DNA of 64,000 nucleotides from Octopus vulgaris (lineage: Eukaryota). The position numbers and the translations under genes were made by a program. The stretch covers positions 146,506,001 through 146,570,000 of the forward strand of contig OX597816.1 in assembly GCA_951406725.2 (NCBI GenBank). Reading direction: 5' to 3'. Under the pieces are notes generated by a model. That model did not search any database. It was given only the letters and a program-made list of their open reading frames with translations, and was not told the DNA's origin. Below, one piece after another: positions 14,513 to 27,990 of this stretch (its first letter is position 1; each line of letters begins with the position of its first letter).

Positions 14513-15646
14513 ACATACAAACGCACGCACACATACGCCCACACTCCACACACACATACACACACCGAGAGGGGAAAGTTGTCACATACTTACGCACATC
14601 AATGCAGAAGCAAAAAGTGTCGGAGATCTATTTATGTAATGGTGTGTGTGAGTGCCTGCACTTTTGTTCAGTATGTATGTGTTTATTCGCATTCAAAATC
14701 TCAGTATTTCTACTAAATGCAAGTTTAATACAAGGATGAATGTTTGATGCATAAATATCTCGGTACAATGGCATAGACTCGAAATATACAGGAACGTACA
14801 CTCTCACGCACGCACACAAAATGACACATATATATGCAGACCTTAATATTCACTTAGGCATGTTTAATACATATAATATGAGAATATATTCATACACTTC
14901 ATGTATAAAAAATTCCTATACACAGATGTTCGTGGAGAAAAATAAAAGCCACAAGTTAGAGAATATTGATATGAATAAAGGAGCGTCCCAGCAAAAATTT
15001 CCACCAGCTGCTACTTCCAAGACACACTTGGCTTTCTCATTGAAATTCCGAAAAGGGAAAATCAATGGTTAGACAATGACAAAAAATAAAAATCAATGTT
15101 AAAAGAATGAGAATTTCAATGATACAGCTAGATAGGTGGGTGTGAGCTGGAGAATATTGCGGTATAGAAACAGACAGAAATGGAAGTTGATGTGAAAAAA
15201 TGACAAACTACTCGAGAATTAAAGCAACAAAACAAATAGGAGAAATGATAAAGTAAAGTAAAAATAATGACAGCGTAAGAAACATAAAAAATAGAAGAGA
15301 ATAAAGAAACTGAGAAAGTGTAATAAAATAGTAAGGGCGGGGACAACGGATGCAGAAACATGTAGTTAGTATAAATGTGTATATTTTATTATAGGAAGTG
15401 TAAAGATGTGTTTCAGGGCAAAGAAAATTACTAAGGATTAGCGTCGGAAAAATGAAACTTAGGTTAGAGAGTTACGTTAGCGCATGGGTGCTGTTCACAA
15501 ATTTTAGAATTTTGTGGCAAACGAAAGAAATTATTTTACTAATATTACCTGAAATGTTGAAAGATACTCTCTGTCCTTTATAAGTCTGAAAATTCGGTTG
15601 GCTGCAAGTTCCATTTCAGAAATACATAGAGGTTTATTTATATAGA

Positions 15647-16095
15647 GCTTTCATGTACCCTACAATATTTGATTCAAAAGTTGGTTGGTTTGCCTGAAAG
15701 AATATCTGTACTGACGAATACTATCAATGAACTGCGGATACTGTCAATCTGGTAATGCTACTGAAGGGGACAGCCCCTTTGACACACGCTAAACTTGCAC
15801 AGAAGGGGAGCTAGTAAATGCTCACCGAATAACAAAAATGTGCTGCACGTAAATGTTAATGGCCAAGCATTCCTAAAATGTTTAATGGCATTGATTTAAC
15901 GCCATTTAATGTATACCACGGATAATACTGAACCCAACACAATTCCTTCAACGGCAAAATGTCTGCACGGCATGTGTGCATTCCAATGATCACAACGTTG
16001 TGTTGTTTGCCTACCAGGATGCAATTTAGTGCAGCAGCTTTCTAATTACCTGCAGTATGTAATAGTCAAACGAGTCGAAGACTTTCCTTATACTA
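15647..16095 (+). mobile_element. Decayed Helitron RepHel (PIF1-family helicase) remnant
   Basis: Ordered, frameshifted motifs FMYPTI, WxxER, ADTV, PLTHAKLAQKGS**ML, PKMFNGIDL (cf. PKLCNGTRL) and HVCIPMI (cf. VxIPRI). Confidence 0.5.
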
Positions 16096-16945
16096 TGATA
16101 CACAATACCAGCTTTGGTATTCGGGATTGACTGCTAATCTTCAGAAAGTTATCAGAGAAGAGTATTAGATAAATTCCAGTCAATTATATATGCTATAACA
16201 AAATATGCGGATAGAATTATAGTGCTATACCAGGGGATATTTGAACGTATGCACTTTCGAAATGTGATTGAACTTAATATGAACATTATTTCTGTTCTGA
16301 TAATCACTAATAAATTCTGAAAATATGAGAGTAAGTACTGTCACCATAGTGAGTATAGAAAAGATGTCATCAACCTCAAAGTTGGTATGGCTTTCAGAAT
16401 GAGCACCTCGATTCTCAGAAGTTTTCCAATACACAGAATCAGCTGCCATAATTCTTTTATCTTTTTCGTTGCACGGTCAATTTCAAATTACACAGGATCA
16501 AGACATTGTGGAACGTGCTACAATGTGATTCGTTGCTGGGACATATTGCGACAGAAATGCTTTTCCTCAAACGGCTCGACTCTAAAAATAAATTAAGAGA
16601 CATTAAATACGCAGTAACATTCAAATGGTACCCGGACACATTCCACGAAAGAATCTTTGAGAAACATTTTCTACACAGACAGGTGCGACTAACATCAACT
16701 TCTGTTTAGCGTTAGATATTGGGTCAAAGAGAAATTTAAACTAATTATGAAATAATAAACATTAACAGGTGGTAGCATAAACTTTTACATGGTCTAGGCC
16801 AGTATTGTAATTAGATACGCACAACCACAAAATTATATATGTGTGTGTGTATACGTAGAAATGTATGTAAGTACACACGCACACAGATACACACACATAC
16901 ACACACATACACACACAAACACATGCACACGCATACACACATATA

Positions 16946-18100
16946 GAGAGTGCGTAAAGTATTTGAGGACATACCTTTTTCGTGGCATTGCTGGATTTTC
17001 TGTATAATCTTTGTTTCAGAATATGATAATGGTAGATCCTCAGCTTACTCACGAAATGAAGAGGTATCTCATAAGGGCTGAGCATAGCGATTTAGAAATA
17101 TCTCAATTTTAAACTGTTAGCAGATCTTTCGTCTACAACTTTTGTAAGGACCCAATGACTGAAGATGGAAATGTATCATCAGTATCAAACCATGAATAGC
17201 ATTCTAAAAGCTTCGAAATCATCAGAACACCTGAATTAATCCAGCAAAACAGACCATTGATTACAATTCCAGAAAGTCCATGTGGTCAGCTGCAAAAGGT
17301 CAGTTTGTTAGAAAAAGCAAAAGAAAATCACTACATCAGAACTAAAATGTTCTTAAACAAACTGAAATATGCAGTAGGTTTTATTTGGTTTTTCTCAAAC
17401 GAGAAAAACGTAGACCAAGGTCAAAATGTTAACAGAAGATATGACAGATTGCTACGTGCACACCCTTCTGAAGTTCCAAGTGTTATTCATACACAATTTC
17501 CCTCAGTTGTCATGGTTTTAGAGGTTGCCAGCAAGGAAGGACATGTAATGCCACCTTACTTCTTTCCACAAGGCCATAAATTTAACCCTACTACTTCCAT
17601 TGAAGTCCTGGAAATAATTGTTCAACCCTGGATAGACAGTGTATACAATGGAAGGTCATATGTGTTTCAGAAAAACTCTGCGATATCAAACATGACTCTA
17701 GTAACAGAGGAATAGATGGCTGAAAATTTTCATGACAACAATATCCTAAACTTTGGCCTCCTAATTCTCTAGATCTCAATCCATTTGGGCTATTACATGT
17801 GAAGCCTTGTTGAGAGAGAGATCAATGAACACCCCCATAACACCAAAGATTATTTGAAAACAGCGATAATCAGGGTAAAGTCGAGAAGGAGCCAGGAACA
17901 CTTGAAACGAGCATCTACATGAGGTAGCTCTCATATAGAAGCATGTTGAAGACGAAGGTAAATTTATTGAATAACATTATAGAAAAGGTTTATTTCTGAT
18001 ATCATAGCATTTTGGATTTAAAAAGTTATTATCTGTTACTTTATATCTACTTTTCTGCTTTTTATAAACAAAAATATGTCCTCAATTATGATACGCACCC

Positions 18101-18102
<2 letters not shown>
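16946..18102 (+). mobile_element. maT/DD37D Tc1-mariner element, decayed, both TIRs
   Basis: ORF 17257-17715 (WFFSNEK...VMVLEVASKEGHVMPP...PWI...YVFQKNSA) continues to WPPNSLDLNP; spacing of the last two catalytic positions counts to 37. TIRs: gagagtgcgt..atttgaggacata / tatgtcctcaat..acgcaccctg. Confidence 0.9.
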
Positions 18103-18142
<40 letters not shown>

Positions 18143-18220
18143 TGCATATATATGTATATATATATATACATGAATGTATGTATATATATATATATGAATA
18201 TATATATGAATGTATGTATA

Positions 18221-18258
<38 letters not shown>

Positions 18259-18302
18259 TGTATGTATATATATGTATATATATATATATATGAATGTATA
18301 TG

Positions 18303-18333
<31 letters not shown>

Positions 18334-18391
18334 GTATATGTCTGTATATACAGATATCAATATGTATGTATATGTCTGTATATATATATAT

Positions 18392-18442
<51 letters not shown>

Positions 18443-18475
18443 CGTATGCACATACATACATCTATACACACATAT
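18103..18475. repeat. (TA)n array with a recurring ATGAATGTATG higher-order unit
   Basis: Direct reading. Confidence 0.9.
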
Positions 18476-18834
18476 ATAAGGTTAAATCTCAGAGGTTGTG
18501 TGATCTAATTTTAATAACAATTGTAAGTAAATTAATATTCTTAATTCTATTTAAATTTTTAAAATTCAAAGCAGAAAATCTTGCAATACTCACGGGCAGA
18601 TAAAATAGACTAGTACATTGAGTCAGAAGTAATTTTATTCTGTGGTGCAAAAAGTACAAACTTGTTCACATCTTATGAGCCATCGTGAGCGAAAACTAGA
18701 CATGAGCCTGAATATCACCCTATGCTATAAACCAAATTTCTTCTAAATTCAATTAATCAACAAATATAGAATAGAAAATAGTTTCCAGAGAAATTACACG
18801 CTACTTTCCTTCTGACACGTGTGCCTCTGTCTGC

Positions 18835-19061
<227 letters not shown>

Positions 19062-19393
19062 CATACGAATTAATAAAACAATGTGTCTATGCACCGGCCA
19101 CACTACTACATAGATATACAGGCATCAATGCATATACTCTTCGTATAATTATATCCAGACACACGCATTTATGAATTAAATCGGAGGGTGTAAAAAAATT
19201 GATTACAATGGGGTGAATAATAAAGTAATTCATCGTGACACTTTTAGATCAGTAGCGAAATAAGAAGGAAATAAAAGATATATAATTCTATAAATACGTA
19301 CCGAAACGGAATCTATCATTCGTAAAGAAGTAAAATCGCCATTGAAATATTGAAGAAAATAGATACACGCATATAGGTACTCACAGAGGAGAT

Positions 19394-19425
19394 GAAAAGA
19401 AAAGAAAGAAAGAAAGAAAGAAGGA

Positions 19426-19457
<32 letters not shown>

Positions 19458-19483
19458 AAAAAGGAAAGAAAGAAAGAAAGAAA
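19394..19483. repeat. (GAAA)n microsatellite
   Basis: Direct reading. Confidence 0.95.
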
Positions 19484-19938
19484 CAAGTTAGCTTGAATGT
19501 TATTGGAAATTTACTAGCCAAGAGATTAATATTTTCACGACCCTGTCAGCTGTGTTTGCTCACTGAAGCATAGATTTTCTTAACTGTGTCTTCATGATTA
19601 AGCGATAAATCGCCCCAGTAGGTTTTGCGATGGCACCATGTATCAGATAAATTTTGAGATTCTTTGCAGATGTTTCTCTTGCATATATTAAATACTAACT
19701 TTAACACTTGTCGCACAGCCATTAGAGAGCAGCTTGTTAGCTGAAGTTGGAAAGTTTGTAAATAAGTTGTAGCGTGATCTGTGTATGTGATACTTCATTT
19801 GTATTTTTATTGTCTGCCTGTCAGTATTTACCTTCCATTCCCCACCTCAATTGCTTCTCAACTACCTCTCACATGTATTATATTTATATATGATTTCATG
19901 TAAAACACACGCACAAGTATATAGATGTATATATATGT

Positions 19939-20278
19939 GCAGGAGTGGCTGTGTGGCATAGGCGTAGGACTGGCTGTGTGGTAAGTAGCTTGCTTACCAA
20001 CCACATGGTTCCAGTTTGAGTGGATTTGGTAGACGGAAACCGAAAGAAGCCTGTCGTATGTGTATATATGCTTGTGTATATGTCTGTGTTTGTCCCTCCA
20101 ACTTCGTTTGACAACCGATGCTGGTGTGTTTACGTCCCCGTAACTTAGCGGTTCGGCAAAAGAGACCGATAGAATAAGTACTAGTCTTACAAACAATAAG
20201 TCCTAGGGAAGATTTGCTCGACTAAAGGCGGTGTTCCAGCATGACCACAGTCAAATGACGGAAACAAGTATAAGAGTA
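19939..20278 (+). mobile_element. SINE family A (tRNA-derived, CORE-like); duplicated 5' end, internal deletion
   Basis: ggagtggctgtgtgg head occurs twice, then tgagtggatttggtagacggaaac, an internal microsatellite and the conserved tail. Confidence 0.9.
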
Positions 20279-20799
20279 TATATATATATATGTATACACA
20301 CACACAGACACACACACACACACACACACACAAAGACAGACAATGACAAAAGGATACACTATTCTCGCTGACAATAGAACACACGATTAGCTTACAGCTG
20401 TTTCTTCTATTCAATGTAGAGGACTAATATTTGATGCTGGAGTAACACCTTATAGCTTCAATAGAAACTTGAATTTATGTATGTGTGTTTATGCGTGCGT
20501 CTATGTTTGTTTCTTTGTTACTTTGTGTGTGTGTGTGTGTGTGCGTGCATATGTGTGTGTATGTGTCTGTGTATGTGTGTTTGTGTTTGTGTATATATGT
20601 GTGTGTGTGTGTGTGCTGGTAGTGGTCGTACAGGAATCTGAATATACTGTGGTAGGGGCAGAGAACGAAAGAAATCCTATTCAGAGAAATTAACCATATC
20701 CATTTTGTTTTTGCATTTTCTCTTCTTCAAAATGTGAAGTGAATGAAAAGAGCATGCATCTTATTGCGTACAATTCTTTTATTATTTTTTTTTTATTAT

Positions 20800-20990
20800 G
20801 GCAGCATCGTTTGTAGGGAAAGAAAAAGGCGTAGCGGCATTTCGTCCATCTTCACGCTGCGAGTTCAAATTCCTCCATGGTTAACATTACCTTACATCCT
20901 TTCATCCTTTCCGGGTATATGAATTAATTACCAACTCTGTACTAGTGTAGATGTAATCGAGTTAACCCCTTTCCTGAACTTACTGGGATT
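20800..20990 (+). mobile_element. SINE family B, diverged
   Basis: gcgtagcggcatttcgtcc...gagttcaaattcc...cctttcatccttt matches 29558-29730. Confidence 0.75.
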
Positions 20991-21069
20991 ATATTATATG
21001 TAACATTTTAAAATTGTATAAAATAACAAAATAGAACGTGAAACTCAGTCTTTCCTGAAATTTCATTCA

Positions 21070-21126
<57 letters not shown>

Positions 21127-21267
21127 TTCTATACAATCACACATAAATGCATACATACATACATACATACACATAGGTGTGTGTGTGTGATTGTGTGTTA
21201 TTGTATGTCTATGAGTGTGTGCGTGTGTGTGGGAGTGTGTTTGCATGAGTGTACATTATACTATGCC

Positions 21268-21868
21268 CAGCGTGCGATAGGCAAATTGTCGCCATATCAT
21301 ATTTTTTATTTCGCACATGCGCATTTGCTTGTTTTTTTTTTTATTTTGTCGATTACACAGTATAGTCGGGTTAGTTGAACACCATTTGTGAGAACAATAG
21401 CGCTATAACGCAGTTCAGTCCGCTGGAAATTTGGAAACGACATGCCATACAGGTTGGCATTCGCCTCGGATACTCCAGTACGAATACATGGAATAACCGT
21501 TGACTTGCCGTGATCCCAAATCATGTACCGGGAGTGATAAAAATCAAACATCCAGTCAACGTCATGTTGTTTGGAGTGATCACTAGCGACGGCGACGCTA
21601 TGCCTACTCCCCACACAGTTTCAAACTTAACACGGAAGCTTACATCAAGTGCCTGGAGGTCGTAGTGCTGTCCTGAGTCAAGTGTGTGACTGCTGGAAAA
21701 TTATGTCTGGCAACAGGACTCTGCACCATACTACAGAAGCAGGAGAACCCAGTCATGACTGTCAGATAAATTCTGCGACCACACTAACCCTTACATCTGG
21801 CCACCTAACTCCCCACACTGCAGTTATTATATGTGGGGCGCAGTTGAGAGAGACACCAACAAATCTCG
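21268..21868 (+). mobile_element. Second maT/DD37D-like transposase remnant
   Basis: Translates with frameshifts to KHPVNVMLFGVITSDGDAMP...LNTEAYIKCLEVVV...YVWQQDSAP...IWPPNSP...YYMWGAVER. Confidence 0.85.
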
Positions 21869-22424
21869 TAAAGGCACATAACGGTATATAAGTGCTACGG
21901 AAGAACCGCTGTTAGACTCCAGGTTCGATAATAGTATGAGTGAGGATTCTAACGAGGGTCGTGTGTTAGCGTGTACAGGGTAAGTTAAATGTGACAACAA
22001 ACCCAAGGCAGTGTAAAATTTCTGGGACATTTTATAAAGTGCAGACTTACAGGGATGTAAAATATATCCCATCATTTTGTATAACCTGTGTGTATATGTA
22101 TATAATTATAAGCATGATTATAATCAGGGTTCATCTAATTGCTTCGCTACGCACTGAATTTATAAAAAGCAGTTAAAATATTTTTCCGCTACCATAAATA
22201 TCTTCCAGACAGCAACACATTTTTTTACGTAGGCAGAGAGAAAAAATAACGACTCCACACGACTTAGATTAGCTACATACGCATTTCAGGATTAAAGTAA
22301 TATTATATTTACTCACTTATTTCACCTCATCAGTGCAGCCTTTCGAATATAGATTTGAAATTTGTACATGCATATATACATATATGTGTGTGTGTCGCAT
22401 TTTAACCTATATATATATATATTA

Positions 22425-22676
22425 TTTTATCGTTTTACCTATTTCAGTCATTTGATTGCATCCATGTTGGAGCAACACTCTTAGTTTAGCAAATATATAT
22501 ATATGTATACGACGGGCTTTTTTCAACTTTCATCAACCCAATCCAGGGGATTGTGTTCATGAAAGCTGAGGCTATAATAGAAGACCCCTGTCAAAGGTGC
22601 CACTCAGTAGGACTGAACCCGGAAAAATATTGTTGAGAAGCAGAGCTTCTCACCATATAACCACTCCTGTGCCTAT
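22425..22676 (-). mobile_element. SINE family A
   Basis: tttcagtcatttga...gctataatagaagac...ggactgaacccgg...ccactcctgtgcc. Confidence 0.85.
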
Positions 22677-22804
22677 GCACATAACATACTGCATCTATCC
22701 AGCCTTTGATACTATGTACGCAAATAATTATTTGCTTGTTATTTCTTTTCTATTTCCTGACCACAATAATTTTTCATTTTTCATTTACTTATTTGTTTCG
22801 AAAT

Positions 22805-23663
22805 ATACTAGGTGCTACCGAGATAAAACCGGAATTTTGCAATATTATTTTATTCAATTACTTTTACATGTTTGCAGATTTATCGTCTTCAAAGTATTCT
22901 CCATCTGAAGCAATGTATTGGTCTAGGCGCATTTTCCACTTTTCGAAGCAGTGCTAAAAATCATTCGAAGTGATGCATTTTACACCTCCATCTTTTTTTC
23001 TTTACCATTTCCACATCTGCAAATTCCGTAACTTTCGTCACTATTAATAAGCTTCTGAAAAAGCTGCGGATCAACTTCTAAGTTTTCTTGAAGTTCACAA
23101 CACTCATTCAATCATAACTGCTTTTGATCTTGCGTGAGCAAGCAAGAAACAGTTTTCATTCGAAATTCCTCCCAGAAAATTCGTTGCCAGGATCCCGAGG
23201 ATACAAAGCTATATTGATAGGTTCGTCAATTGTTCGATGACCGCCCTCCAAGATCAGTCCACGCATTTTCATGATGTTTTCATTCGTTCGAGAGGTCGAC
23301 AGTCGTTTTGAATGAGGTTAGTCTTCAAGCCACAAGAAACCATTCCTAATGCATGGAAAACCACTCGTAAAGTTCTGTTTTGCTCATAACAGCGTCCTTA
23401 AATTCTGTTGGAAGCACGAGATATTTCGGCCGCCGAATTTCACGGTAGCACTCTGCTTCTTCGTTTCATCCATTGCAATAATCGACAAACAGGAGAGGAG
23501 CACTGGAAAACACAGAAGCACCACGGGCTTGTACGACTTCACCTGATGATGCCGCTCGGTAGTCTAATGCCTGAGATTGGCAGAAAGTGGTTTCTAGTGT
23601 CGAAAGCCTGAACTACAACTGTTTTGACCCACAGAGAATGTTTCCAGTTACTTTGGGTATATC

Positions 23664-23668
<5 letters not shown>
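22805..23668 (-). mobile_element. Internally deleted mariner remnant
   Basis: Minus strand reads MSKTELYEWF...LEDxPHSKRLSTSRTNENI...RTIDE...QKLINSDE, joined to FADVEMVK...CFEKWKMRLDQYIASDGEYFE. Weak TIRs. Confidence 0.8.
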
Positions 23669-23733
<65 letters not shown>

Positions 23734-23794
23734 TATAAAGAGAGAGAGAGGACTTAGTTATTTATATACATATAAATGTAGGTATATATGTATT

Positions 23795-23990
23795 ATGTAG
23801 GGAGAGTTTACGAAAAAACAAAAGACGAAGACAGGTGGTGTACAAAACAAACAGATGAATTAGTATAACGCTCAGGAATAGAAAAAGTATTTTACGTTTC
23901 GAGCCTACGCTCTTCTACAGAAAGGGACACAGAAAAAACAAGGAGCGAAACAAGGAGAGAAAAAATGTGTGTAGTGGCTAGCGATCTATA
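23795..23990 (-). mobile_element. Short Penelope-like terminal-repeat family, copy 2
   Basis: Homologous to 4385-4535 and 40700-40751. Confidence 0.6.
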
Positions 23991-24089
23991 TGCAAATGTG
24001 TGTATGTGTGTGTATGTGCATGTACGCACATAATAGTGTGTTTATGTATACATACATGCATACATACATGTATTGTAGTGTGTACGATA

Positions 24090-26640
24090 TATTTTATAAT
24101 CCTCTTTACTAAACTTTGTAATAATATTTTGTATGATATCTTTTTTTTAACAGAGAAACTTTTGGTTGGTGTTCCTTCCATGATATTCTTAAAATCCATC
24201 AATGCGCCTTCATTTCAAAGCCTTGTAACGTATTTGAGATCTTATTGTTAATTTTCATGTTGCAGAACCATATAGTGCAATCAACAAAACATAATATTTT
24301 AAATATCATTTTCCTGATTTCATTATTAATTCTTTTTCATACTATTATAATTGAGAATTTCGTTTTTTATTTTGCCATCTCATTCCATCAAGTCTTTTCT
24401 TATTCCCGTCACGATTTTTTTACCTCAAATATTCTAAAAATGAATGTTATTTGTGCTGTCTTTTCATTTGCCCTTCCCTTAAATATAACATTAGTTCTTA
24501 ATAACTGTCATAGTCTTGCCATTGCCATTCATTCTGATCTCTTCACATTTCCATTCCACATGACCTTTATTGTTTCTATCACGCTTCTATCAACAATATA
24601 TTTCTACGTCAACTGTTATTCATAGCTCTTTTTAATATTACTGGCGTGTCTCTTGATTTTCACAATATTTATTTAGTGTATATACTACCGACGCCTCTGC
24701 TTTAGTGTACAGCCTTGTCTGACACTTCACTAAATTTGAAATCCTTACTTTTGTAGTCTTTCAGTTCTAAATGCTGCTTTTTTTCCATATTTGTTTTCAT
24801 GTGGAAACCGCAATCATTTTCTTATTATATCCAAAGATCAGTTGTCAGTTCATCACATTTATGCATTCACGTATGACATTTGCCATGATTTAGGTATAAC
24901 TTGTGTAATCATTTTTTGTATGCCTAAATTATTTTGCTATGATTTAGATTAGTTATTCTATCATGGTTCCCTATTCCTTGTCCAAAACCCTTTTTCCAGT
25001 TGACTTATTTCTTCACTTATTCTTGGTGCTATTCATTGTTGAACGATTTTTAATAGTAGTTTAGTCATGATTCATAAAGCTTGTGGATCTAAATTCTACA
25101 GGCTTCAGCTTTGATGCCTCTGTTAATGGAACAAACACATTGTTTCATTTCGTGTCAGATTTGCTCACTTTATATAATTTATAAATTTGTTATTGGATAT
25201 TGGATATAGAATATAGGATATAGGATATGGATAGTGATTATCCAATAGTTTTAATTCTTCATCTGGTATTTCATCTCCGTCATGTGACTTCCTCTCTTTC
25301 ATTGAATTTATGCAGTTCTTCATTTCTGCTCTTATGATTTTGTTCTTATTAACAGCTTCGAAATTTGGTATAGGCAATCTGTCCTCCTCGTCATATGGTT
25401 AGCGAAAGGTATCAAACTATCTAAATGCAGTCTGTTCATAATAAAATAGTATTTTTTCTATTTTGGTCATTAATGTCAACCCTATTATTTACTACATAAT
25501 TTTTTGCTTTCTCCTTTCATGTTTTATGGTGTTTTCCTTTGGCTTCCGCTTCTTCCTTTTAGAGTGTATCATGCGTCCCTGATCTAGTCATCTAGGTTTT
25601 GAAAGTCAATAGTTGAAATGTATCGGAGGCGTGTATATATATAGTTTTTAATGCTACAGATAGTAATTCATGGATGTCAGTTGCCGTTCTGTATTTGACT
25701 GATTTTATTTCGTTTCCATTTCTTGGTTTAAGTTTATCTGTCCATTAAGCAACATCGAAATTGGGTGGAGTCTCTCTGTCTACATCTTCGTGGAGATTTT
25801 TAATGTACTTAACCCTCCTTGATACAACACACTTATCTTAATATCAACAGATTGTGTACTCTTGCTTTACTGTTTATGGTTTCAGGTACATGACACTGAT
25901 CATCGGGCGGTCTGAATTTTTTGTTTTTGTTTTATTTAGTTCTACATCCTGAACAGATCTGGTTATTTAATTTTTATATTTATGTTGATAAACATTCTTG
26001 TATAACCCATTCCCTTTCACATAGTATATTTTTCAGAAATGTATATATCCATATTCTTTTTCTTATTTTTTATTCTATTTTCTTATTTTTTATTCTATTT
26101 TCTTATTTTTTTTATATGTGCTTCAATCCATTACTATTCGTACTCTTTGCATTTACACTTTATATTTCATAGGCAACTATTTCTGTGGTAGAAAGTGCAA
26201 GTCTTATTCTTTTCATGTACTTTTTTTCTCATTTCCTTTCCTTACATTTGGTTTGTAATTTGACGTGCATTGGATTATGGTCTGAGACGCTATTTACCTC
26301 GGAATACGGTTTTGAAATGTTCGCACTTTCTAAGTGATTGCTTTATCTGTCTATAGATTATTAGATATTTCCTTACTACACCTGAACTCATCCAAATTTG
26401 TAATTTGTAGGATGGTTTCTTGAGTAGAGTGTTTGTGGATACTAAATTGATTATTTGATACACATCGATCATACGGAGAACTTTTTTCTTTTCTTTAACT
26501 AGGCTGTATTAACTACTTGTATTTACTCATTTTCTTTCCCAACAAAACGTTTTGTAGGTTCTTCACCAGCGCTGGATCTTTTTCTAAATTTTCAATTGAT
26601 TTCTATGACTTTCATGTATCTAAATTCCTCGTTTCATTTT
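24090..26640 (-). mobile_element. Decayed RTE-clade LINE (AP endonuclease + reverse transcriptase)
   Basis: Motifs in order on the minus strand: NLVSTNT...QIWMS...VSDHNP (EN end, 26270-26470); EMKNCINSMKERKSHDGDEIPDEELK (25250-25340); CGF; VRQGCTL (24701-24725); LQGFEMKAH*WILRISWKE (24170-24230). Confidence 0.8.
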
Positions 26641-26694
26641 GTTCATTTACGGAAGCATATATCTAGATGATATTTATAGTTAAAATTATTTCCT

Positions 26695-26697
<3 letters not shown>

Positions 26698-26774
<77 letters not shown>

Positions 26775-26856
26775 TGTATATATGTATGTATGTATATATA
26801 CATATACATATATAGATAGATACATATATAAATATATATATATATATATGTATGTG

Positions 26857-26887
<31 letters not shown>

Positions 26888-26943
26888 ATGTATGTATGTA
26901 TATATATATATACATATACATATATAGATAGATACATATATAA

Positions 26944-27002
<59 letters not shown>
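26698..27002. repeat. (TA)n/(TATG)n compound microsatellite
   Basis: Direct reading. Confidence 0.95.
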
Positions 27003-27520
27003 TTATGTATGCATATGTATGCTTCAAGAGTTCTTTCATCATCATCTCCCTGTCATATTTTTGTACAGGGGAAAGAGTACTGAAGACTATAGTGGTGTTT
27101 TTGTGCTTAATAATTTATTTCAGTTAATCTAATTTTCTTGCCCAGCCGAATTATTGGTTATGTACGCATGAATATCTGTGCAGCTTGGTGTCCAAATATA
27201 TGTAGGATAACAACGAGTTACTTTCAAATATGCATTTGAATACTGATTATTACCAAAGCATTTTTCATATATACGATATTATGTATTTATAAATAGAATG
27301 AGAGATTACTAAAATGAAACAGTATTTCAGTCAAATATTTTAACACTCACCCACCTTTTGAACATTGTTTACCATTGTTTGATTGGCTTCTTTAGGTTCA
27401 AATAACATCGAAGTTTTATCAGCTTGACAGTGTTATTCATAACGTTATCCATGGGATTATTTTGCGTTACTAAAATGTCTAAATTGAATTTTTCCCTGTA
27501 AGTTAGGAATAATATTCCAT

Positions 27521-27568
<48 letters not shown>

Positions 27569-27574
27569 ATTTGC

Positions 27575-27700
27575 TACGGAATTGTTTCAGTTTCAGTCTA
27601 CTAAATCCACTCACAATGGTTGGAATTCCCCTTTGGTCAGCCCGAAGCAATAATAAAAGATACTTGCCCAAGTTGCCACACAGTGGGACTGAACCCGGAA
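27575..27700 (-). mobile_element. SINE family A fragment, cut at its tRNA head by the next element
   Basis: tttcagtttcagtctactaaatccactcacaa...cttgcccaag..gccacacagtgggactgaacccggaa. Confidence 0.85.
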
Positions 27701-27770
27701 CGCATATAGCGTAGTGGTTAAGCGCACAGGCTACTAACCCCAAGATTCAGAGTTCGATTCCAGGCACTGT

Positions 27771-27842
<72 letters not shown>

Positions 27843-27990
27843 CATCGAAAAATTCCTTAGGAAGAGAACCCAGGTTCGAAATTTCCCCAAAACACCTGAT
27901 GAAGGCTGGAGGGTATGTCAGCGAAAACGTTGTGTTAACAACAAACAAAATGAGGGCAAATATCCGTCAAATGTAAATAATGTAAATTAT
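27701..27990 (+). mobile_element. tRNA-headed short element with (AAT)n spacer and hammerhead-like 3' part
   Basis: A box TAGCGTAGTGG (27707-27717), B box GAGTTCGATTCC (27750-27761), (AAT)n 27775-27840, CTGATGA...GAAA core 27896-27928. Confidence 0.75.
27891..27936 (+). ncRNA. Minimal type I hammerhead ribozyme-like motif
   Basis: AACAC-CUGAUGA-AG-GCUG(10 nt)CAGC-GAAAAC-GUU-GUGUU. Stem I AACAC/GUGUU, stem II GCUG/CAGC, palindromic AACGUU in place of stem III. This copy deviates from consensus around GAAA. Confidence 0.55.

Noticed and set aside
18082-18603. Many 60-150 aa ORFs rich in IY/CV/HT/LSIY (also at 448, 9508, 26643, 39573, 51837, 56592, 63594)
   Set aside because: Translations of stop-free microsatellites, not genes.
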